A stretch of 64,000 nt of DNA from Patescibacteria group bacterium (lineage in GTDB: Bacteria > Patescibacteriota > Patescibacteriia > UM-FILTER-42-10): NCBI GenBank assembly GCA_041664365.1, contig JBAYKW010000003.1, positions 28,696 to 92,695 on the forward strand, read 5' to 3'. A program made the translations under genes and the position numbers. Under the pieces are notes generated by a model. It made no database searches and was not told the DNA's origin. It saw nothing but the letters and a program-made list of their open reading frames with translations. Every line of letters begins with the position of its first letter. Position 1 is the stretch's first letter. Of the stretch, positions 57,934 to 64,000 are shown one piece after another.

Positions 57934-59682
57934 TTATTCTAAAGGTAAGATAAAGAAAAATGTACTACCCTTATCTTCAGTTGATTCAACGCTAACCAGT
58001 CCGCCGTGCGCTTCAATGATTCCTTTCGCAATAACCAGACCTAAACCGGTTCCTTTTGCCTGGGTCTTTTTTTGCCCTTCCGCCTGCTCAAATTTATTAA
58101 ACAACTTTTTAATCTGGTCTTTTCGAATACCAGAGCCATTGTCTGTTACTGCACAAATTATGACATCTTTTTCTCGTTTTTGCAAAACCTCAGATGAATT
58201 TGAAATAAACCATTTGATTCCCGCCTGCTTCGCTTTGCTTTCTATGTCCTCATCTTTTTTCAGAAGCAATGTTTGAACTTTCACGACTCCTTTTTCTTCC
58301 GTGAATTTAATGGCATTGGAAAGTAAATTGTTTAGAACTTGAATTATCTCTTTTTCATCAAATGGAACCTGTTCAATATCCGGTCCCCAGTAAGAATTTA
58401 AAACAATATTTTTTTCACTTGCTAAACTTTGGAAAAAATTGATTCTTTCTTCAATAACTCTTTTTAAATCTCCCTTTGACTTAGTGACAATAAATTTACC
58501 CGCTTCCAGCTTGGCAACATCCAACAAATCGTTAACCAGTTCTAAAATGTTAGTTGTACTGCCGTGGATCATTTTAGCGGATTGTAAAAACTGGTCTTTC
58601 GGCATTTTTTTATCCTGCAGCATTTCGGAAATCAACCGAATGCCGTTTAAAGGAGACCGTAAATCGTGCACCATCATGTTGGTAAAGTCTTCTTTGACTT
58701 TTTCCAGTTCCTTATCATGGGTTATGTCGTGCAGAATAATTACGGCGCCGAGTGTCTCACTGTTTTTATCTTTAACCGGTGAAAACAAAATCCGGATATA
58801 TCGGTGTTGGATGTATGTTTCTTCGATTACTTCCTGCCGATTCAATTTAATACATTCTTCCAGTTTTGTCCTGAAGTCTACTTTTCCTTCAAAAGCTTCG
58901 ATTATGTCAAATATGGATGTTTCTTTATTCTCGATACCTAGAAGATCCTTAACCTTGGGATTTGTGACATAAACCCTGTTGTCTTTATCAATCATTAGGA
59001 CTCCGTCAGCCATACTGACTACCATGGCGTTAAGCTTGCTTTGCTCCGAGTCTAATACATCCTGCAGACGTGTTACGGCATTGGATGCTTGCGCGGTTAT
59101 CTTATACAGAATAGTCATTTCATCTTCCTTATATAGTCCGGTTTTGGTGCTTGATACATTTAATATTCCCACTACTTTGTTGCCAACAGTTAATGGGATA
59201 TTAAAAAATGAGCTCAATGGCTCATTATTATCATCATCCAAGATGGTACCGGCAATTACTTCTTCGATTGTTCTATTCTGATAATTCTGATCTGTCAGGA
59301 CTGATAGTGCTGCTACCATTTTTCCCTTTACATCTTCCACGAATTTAGGACTGACGCTCTCTTCAACTTCACACTTGAAAAGCAATTCCTTCTTTTGAGT
59401 ATCTTCCAAAATGTAAGAGGTAGTGGAATAATCAATCAGTTCTTTTAACGATCCGGTGATAATATCGGCGATTCTCTGGGTGTTTAAAGAATACCCTGCC
59501 CTTTCCCCGATTTCTTTAAGTATGGAAAGTTCATACATGCGCCGGTTATTTTCTGATTCTCTTTTTTCACTTTCAGCTTTTAATGTGCCTCTTAATTTTC
59601 TGATATAAACGCAAAAACTGACTATAACCGCAATGATTACAATCGAAAAAACAAATATCACTGATACATTCGCTTGATCCAT
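57934..59682 (-). CDS. Sensor histidine kinase (TM-GAF-PAS-HisKA-HATPase)
   Basis: HDLRSPL, NLLSNAIKF, DNGSGI and GTGLGL; GAF and PAS (MADGVL) segments. Confidence 0.94.
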   Translation of the reverse strand: MDQANVSVIFVFSIVIIAVIVSFCVYIRKLRGTLKAESEKRESENNRRMYELSILKEIGERAGYSLNTQRIADIITGSLKELIDYSTTSYILEDTQKKELLFKCEVEESVSPKFVEDVKGKMVAALSVLTDQNYQNRTIEEVIAGTILDDDNNEPLSSFFNIPLTVGNKVVGILNVSSTKTGLYKEDEMTILYKITAQASNAVTRLQDVLDSEQSKLNAMVVSMADGVLMIDKDNRVYVTNPKVKDLLGIENKETSIFDIIEAFEGKVDFRTKLEECIKLNRQEVIEETYIQHRYIRILFSPVKDKNSETLGAVIILHDITHDKELEKVKEDFTNMMVHDLRSPLNGIRLISEMLQDKKMPKDQFLQSAKMIHGSTTNILELVNDLLDVAKLEAGKFIVTKSKGDLKRVIEERINFFQSLASEKNIVLNSYWGPDIEQVPFDEKEIIQVLNNLLSNAIKFTEEKGVVKVQTLLLKKDEDIESKAKQAGIKWFISNSSEVLQKREKDVIICAVTDNGSGIRKDQIKKLFNKFEQAEGQKKTQAKGTGLGLVIAKGIIEAHGGLVSVESTEDKGSTFFFILPLE

Positions 59683-59697
59683 GAGTCCAGCTGTAAT

Positions 59698-59973
59698 TTA
59701 TTGTTTATTTTCGATTACAACAGAAGGATATTTTGCCAGTAATGGTTCCATTGTCTTTTTAACAATTAATCCGGACAGCGCGACATATTCATCAATTAAT
59801 CTTTGTAATGCCACCTGTGGATCGCCGTTGATTTCAGTTACTTCACCGTCAGCGCTGATTGCCAATTCTGTAACATTTTTTGCTTTCATGATCGCAATAT
59901 CCGGACCTAAGATGACAATTTGCTTTTTTATCATCTCGCTCATTATATTTTTATATTCTTCTCCGTTTGCCAT
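59698..59973 (-). CDS. Small protein resembling the NitrOD5-type output domain
   Basis: IKKQ..ILGP.IA...A..V..L.....G.V......P...L..L...Y pattern, in a two-component operon. Confidence 0.6.
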   Translation of the reverse strand: MANGEEYKNIMSEMIKKQIVILGPDIAIMKAKNVTELAISADGEVTEINGDPQVALQRLIDEYVALSGLIVKKTMEPLLAKYPSVVIENKQ

Positions 59974-59997
59974 TTTTTTAATGTTAATGATTTTTTA

Positions 59998-60324
59998 TTA
60001 TCCTTGGGTAATTTTTTTGGCTTCTTCACCGGCAGATTTTAGCGCCTTCAATGTCCAAACAAATGTTACAAACCAGCCAGCAAAAACTGGCAGTACCCAA
60101 TAAACTCCTTTGGCATTTTCAAACATATATGCGGTACTGACTATCCCCAGGGAATACATCTCTACCAACATAGTATAAACCAAAACTTTTGTTATTTTAC
60201 CGACCAGCGATCCTTTAACTAACTGGTAAACGCTTCTGCCTTTGACAAAAATATAGATTGAGCCACCAATCAATATTGGCCAACCAATGAATAATATTAC
60301 ATTTCTCATAAGTTCTAGTGACAT
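59998..60324 (-). CDS. 108-aa three-TM protein (paralog A)
   Basis: GWP...SLVGKITK.LVY.MLVEMYSLGIVST shared with 60336. Confidence 0.78.
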   Translation of the reverse strand: MSLELMRNVILFIGWPILIGGSIYIFVKGRSVYQLVKGSLVGKITKVLVYTMLVEMYSLGIVSTAYMFENAKGVYWVLPVFAGWFVTFVWTLKALKSAGEEAKKITQG

Positions 60325-60335
60325 AAATTTATTAG

Positions 60336-60662
60336 TTAATTATTTGTTATTTTTTTAGTCTCCTCGCTAGATATTTTTATTGTCTTAATACTCCACATAA
60401 AAACCGCTCCCCAAATAATAAACACCGGCAGAACAACATAAACACCTTGAGCGTTATCAACGAGGTACACAGTACTGACAATTCCCAGAGAATACATCTC
60501 AACGAGCATCGAATAAACCAGTGCCTTGGTGATTTTACCTACCAGAGAGTCTTTGATTACGGAATATACTTGCTTGCCCACCTTAAAGATGTAAATACTG
60601 AAAAAAAACAATACTGGCCATCCAACCGCCAGTATAATGTTTCGAACAGTATCTAAATTCAT
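60336..60662 (-). CDS. 108-aa three-TM protein (paralog B)
   Basis: Same length as and colinear with 59998. Confidence 0.78.
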   Translation of the reverse strand: MNLDTVRNIILAVGWPVLFFFSIYIFKVGKQVYSVIKDSLVGKITKALVYSMLVEMYSLGIVSTVYLVDNAQGVYVVLPVFIIWGAVFMWSIKTIKISSEETKKITNN

Positions 60663-60891
60663 TGAATATTACGTTATTTGTGTGAATACCATCTTATTGT
60701 ACCATAAGTTAGCAAAAAAATCAAGTGGAATCAACTATTTATTATATGTACTGATTGTATGGTTATTGAGTATTTGGCAATCTAATTTATCCGCAACACT
60801 TCGAGAAATTATTCAAGCTAGAATATGAGTTACTATTCACACGGTATGTTGTTAATTATTATCACTTATGCTATAATATAAAAGATTTTTC

Positions 60892-61839
60892 ATGGCAAAA
60901 TTTACCAAAACTTTTTCACAATTAAATAGAAAAAGTGTAGCAGAAGCGGGAGGAAAGGGCGCACAACTGGGTGAGATGACAAAGGCAAAATTGCCAGTTC
61001 CACCAGGGTTTGTGGTACTTTCCGGCACATTTGAGCGTTTTTTGGAAGAAACGGACCTGGATGTAGAGATAGACGCATTGTTAAAAAAGGTAAATTTGAG
61101 TGATATTAACAGTGTGGACCGGGTTTCCAATGCAATCCGGGAATTAATCCACGAATTAGTTGTCCCGGATGATATCGCAAAAGAGATCCAGACCGCTTTT
61201 AATAAATTGAAAACCAAATATGTTGCTGTCCGTTCTTCCGCGACAGCCGAGGATTCATCCGTTGCATCCTGGGCGGGCGAACTGGAAACATATTTGTTTA
61301 TTACTAAAGCAAATTTGGTTGAAACAGTGCGTAAATGTTGGTCATCGCTGTTTACCCCCCGCGCGATTTTTTACCGCTTTGAGAAAAAACTGCACAAGAC
61401 CAAAGTAAGTGTCGGCGTCGTAGTCCAAAAGATGATTAATTCGGAAATATCCGGCGTGACATTTACAGCCCACCCGGTTACCAACGATCTGGATCAGATG
61501 GTGATTGAGGCGGGGTTCGGCCAGGGTGAATCAATCGTCTCAGGACAGATTACGCCGGATACCTATGTGGTAGATAAGAAAAATAAAATCATTTTAGATA
61601 TTAATATCTCTGAGCAAAAGAAAATGATTGTTCAGAATGGTAGTAAGGGAACAAAAACAGTCACTGTTGTAAAATCAATGCAGGAAAAGCAGAAACTCAC
61701 AGGCAAACAAATCATTCAACTTGCCGAAGTCTGCAAAAGAATAGAAAAACATTATAACCATCCCCAAGACATAGAATGGGCGATGGAAAAAAATAAAATT
61801 TATATTACGCAATCAAGACCAATAACAACACTGAAATAA
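60892..61839 (+). CDS. Stand-alone PEP synthase/PPDK N-terminal ATP-grasp domain protein
   Basis: GGKGAQL, VPPGF, AVRSSATAED, SWAG, VVVQKM, GESIVSG.ITPD, QDIEWA and QSRPIT; stops before any His domain. Confidence 0.9.
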   Translation: MAKFTKTFSQLNRKSVAEAGGKGAQLGEMTKAKLPVPPGFVVLSGTFERFLEETDLDVEIDALLKKVNLSDINSVDRVSNAIRELIHELVVPDDIAKEIQTAFNKLKTKYVAVRSSATAEDSSVASWAGELETYLFITKANLVETVRKCWSSLFTPRAIFYRFEKKLHKTKVSVGVVVQKMINSEISGVTFTAHPVTNDLDQMVIEAGFGQGESIVSGQITPDTYVVDKKNKIILDINISEQKKMIVQNGSKGTKTVTVVKSMQEKQKLTGKQIIQLAEVCKRIEKHYNHPQDIEWAMEKNKIYITQSRPITTLK

Positions 61840-61840
61840 A

Positions 61841-63181
61841 ATGGAGGATCAAAAAAACAAAATCAACACAGCAAAATCGGTGAAAGTAAATGTTGCTTCC
61901 GGAAAGAAAGACGATGAAGAAAAGCAGATTTTAAAAGGTGCCAGAATTCTAATTAAAGACCAAAAAGGGCAGTACAGCTATGTAAAAGGAGCCAAATTAA
62001 TGGGTGAGGACGAGGTTGTTGTTGCTTCTGCGCCGGTGGTTTCCGCGCCAACAAAGAGTAAAATAGATCCATCCATTATCAAAAAAGCGGTTGCGCAGTT
62101 GGCTAATCAAAAGATGATAACGCCATCCGTTAAACCGGCCCCCCTACCAAGAAAACAGGACGAAGTAAGTACGGTAACAGCTTCTCAGCTAAAACCGGTT
62201 TTTCAAGATCGGATGGTTCCGAATAAAGGAGTTAACGCAAGTTTTTATTTTGATGTAGAGGATGAGGAGGAAGTGAAAAAAATGCATAATGAGGAAATTT
62301 CCTCATCGGCCAGAACTATTGATTACGGCACAGTTGTTAAAGAGATTGCAAATCAGGTCGGATTAAATTTTACTGATGAATCTTTGCAAAAAAGATTTGA
62401 AAGCCTAATAACATCCCGTCTGAGAGATATTCGAACTTCCGTCCAATTAAGAGAGCTTTTGGTCCGTTCAAAAAAAGTCGGCGGTTTAGAACTTGAACCT
62501 GAGATTGCGGAATCGATCGTGAAAATAACCGCAGAGAAGGCGCTGAGTTTTCATAATGAAACCGAGATCAAAAAAATTGAATACCGGCAGATGATGAAGT
62601 TGCAGGAAGCGGAAAAAGAGAGAGAGCAGCAGGAAAGGATGAGAAAAGCAGTAGCAAATGAACAGATTAAGAAAGCGGTTCTCAATCTGCATTTGCAGAA
62701 GAAAAATGAATTAGAAAATGCGGTCAAACCGGAACCACAGCCGGTCATTAACAAGCCGATTATTGATAGACGGATTCCAATTATCCCAAAGATGCAAAGA
62801 CCGATGCCGGTTTTTGACAGCAGGCCAAAAATTGTGGATATCAAGACGCCGCCAAGATTAATGGGTCCGATAGAGGAAATAAGAAGCTTGAATTTGGTGG
62901 ATTTTAGAAGGCTCGGCGGGAACCCCCAGCAGTCAATTGAAAAAATAAAAGAGAAAGTTGATCTGTTGGAAGAGGAATCATATACCAAGAAAGCGGAAGC
63001 GATCCAAGCCTGGAAGAAATCGGAGATTTATCAGATATATCTAGACATCGGTAATGAAGGTATGAATAAAGGAAAATCCGTCCAGGATGTGATAACAAGC
63101 AGGAAAATGGACGGCCGTTCCTATCTGACCGATGAAGAGTTTGAAGCGGTAGGGGATCTAAATAGACAGTTAAGATTTTAA
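61841..63181 (+). CDS. Hypothetical protein upstream of prgI
   Basis: 446-aa ORF in operon; SRLRDIR, GGL.L, LMGPIEEI...DFRRL and W..S..Y..Y. Confidence 0.72.
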   Translation: MEDQKNKINTAKSVKVNVASGKKDDEEKQILKGARILIKDQKGQYSYVKGAKLMGEDEVVVASAPVVSAPTKSKIDPSIIKKAVAQLANQKMITPSVKPAPLPRKQDEVSTVTASQLKPVFQDRMVPNKGVNASFYFDVEDEEEVKKMHNEEISSSARTIDYGTVVKEIANQVGLNFTDESLQKRFESLITSRLRDIRTSVQLRELLVRSKKVGGLELEPEIAESIVKITAEKALSFHNETEIKKIEYRQMMKLQEAEKEREQQERMRKAVANEQIKKAVLNLHLQKKNELENAVKPEPQPVINKPIIDRRIPIIPKMQRPMPVFDSRPKIVDIKTPPRLMGPIEEIRSLNLVDFRRLGGNPQQSIEKIKEKVDLLEEESYTKKAEAIQAWKKSEIYQIYLDIGNEGMNKGKSVQDVITSRKMDGRSYLTDEEFEAVGDLNRQLRF

Positions 63182-63184
63182 AAT

Positions 63185-63622
63185 ATGCGGTTTGTAGTTC
63201 CCCAATTTATTGAAGTAGAAGATAAAATTATCGGACCGATTTCCGTCCGGCAATTTATAATTTTTCTAGTGGCATTCGGAATCATTTTCATTGAATACCA
63301 AGTATTAGGATTTATAACATTTATTTTTGCTGCCCTGTTTATGTTCGGGTTGGCCGGCATTGTTGCATTCGCTAAAATTAACGGTCAGCCTTTCCATTAT
63401 TTTTTTCTTAATATCCTGTATACAATCAGGAAGCCGAAAATTAAGATTTGGAGCAAAGAAGTGGTCAGCGGAGCAAGTAAAATAAGCCATAAAAATTCCA
63501 TTAAAACTGCCGTGGTTGTAGCTCCAAAAATGGCTGTTACAAATTCAAAACTGACTCGTTTGTCACTGGTAGTCGACACGGGAGGGGCGTTTAAAGAGGA
63601 CGAAGATGATGTCAATTTTTAA
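63185..63622 (+). CDS. prgI: PrgI family (VirB3-like) protein
   Basis: VPQFIEVEDKIIGPISVRQF, two TM helices and KINGQPF. Confidence 0.85.
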   Translation: MRFVVPQFIEVEDKIIGPISVRQFIIFLVAFGIIFIEYQVLGFITFIFAALFMFGLAGIVAFAKINGQPFHYFFLNILYTIRKPKIKIWSKEVVSGASKISHKNSIKTAVVVAPKMAVTNSKLTRLSLVVDTGGAFKEDEDDVNF

Positions 63623-63639
63623 GTCTAATCAAAACAAAT

Positions 63640-64000
63640 ATGCATTCTAAACAGCTAGCAGGACAAAAACCAAAAGCTTCCACCCAGAGCCATCTTGATA
63701 TTCTTGAAATCAAAGATAACGTGGTTGCTTTGAAAGACGGGACATTAAGGGCGATAATTTTAGTATCTTCAATCAACTTTGCATTAAAATCAGAAGACGA
63801 GCAGATCGCTGTTATTCAGGGTTATACGCAGTTTTTGAATTCATTCGATTTCTCTATTCAGATAGTAATCCAGTCCAGAAGATTAAACATTGAAGAATAT
63901 CTGGATAGACTTAAGAAAGTTGAAAAGGAACAAACCAACGAACTGCTCAGAATGCAAACAGCAGAATACCGCCAATATATTAATGAGCTGGTGGAGATAG
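63640..64000 (+). CDS. TraC/VirB4-N-terminal-like protein, 3'-truncated by the window edge
   Basis: Translated by hand: MHSKQLAGQKPKASTQSHLDILEIKDNVVALKDGTLRAIILVSSINFALKSEDEQ...FLNSFDFSIQIVIQSR; follows prgI. Confidence 0.75.
   Translation, partial: MHSKQLAGQKPKASTQSHLDILEIKDNVVALKDGTLRAIILVSSINFALKSEDEQIAVIQGYTQFLNSFDFSIQIVIQSRRLNIEEYLDRLKKVEKEQTNELLRMQTAEYRQYINELVEI

Noticed and set aside
63185-64000. Conjugative element (ICE)
   Set aside because: No relaxase, oriT or integrase in view; the genes continue a chromosomal operon
1-64000. Alternative genetic code (TGA=Gly, code 25)
   Set aside because: Long genes are intact under code 11, and TGA ends genes at sensible positions (36841, 37512, 49624, 55103)

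Overview
Low-GC chromosomal window that looks like a Patescibacteria (CPR, Parcubacteria-like) genome. This placement is inferred from gene content; TGA acts as stop, so it uses the standard code. 1-18.7 kb: housekeeping genes (pnp, a gmk fusion, TraR/DksA, lspA, comM, rsmI, LysM-M23, leuS with an inserted alpha/beta-hydrolase, MFS, tsaC, rsmA), an array of four prepilin-like surface proteins, and a ~340-nt ORF-less structured transcription unit. 18.8-34.4 kb: a surface/T4SS-like block with a 3128-aa Cys-rich PA14 protein and a VirB6-like protein. 34.4-40.3 kb: a nucleotide-salvage-like cluster (APH/MtnK kinase, pyrE-like, prs, divergent pncB), tRNA-Arg(CCG), and a tiny GIY-YIG element inserted exactly at a start codon. 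40.5-47.9 kb: two duplicated LamG/glycoside-hydrolase-like genes, an Fn3/FG-GAP protein and a pilin. 48-61.8 kb: five phospho-His 'swivel' (PEP-utilizer mobile domain) proteins with variable N-terminal domains, two histidine phosphatases, a two-component module and a stand-alone PEP-synthase-type ATP-grasp protein, together resembling a split, modular rifampin-phosphotransferase-like kinase system. The window ends in prgI and a VirB4-associated gene. Several families of small palindromic inserts occur throughout. All calls come from motif recognition by eye; no searches were run.
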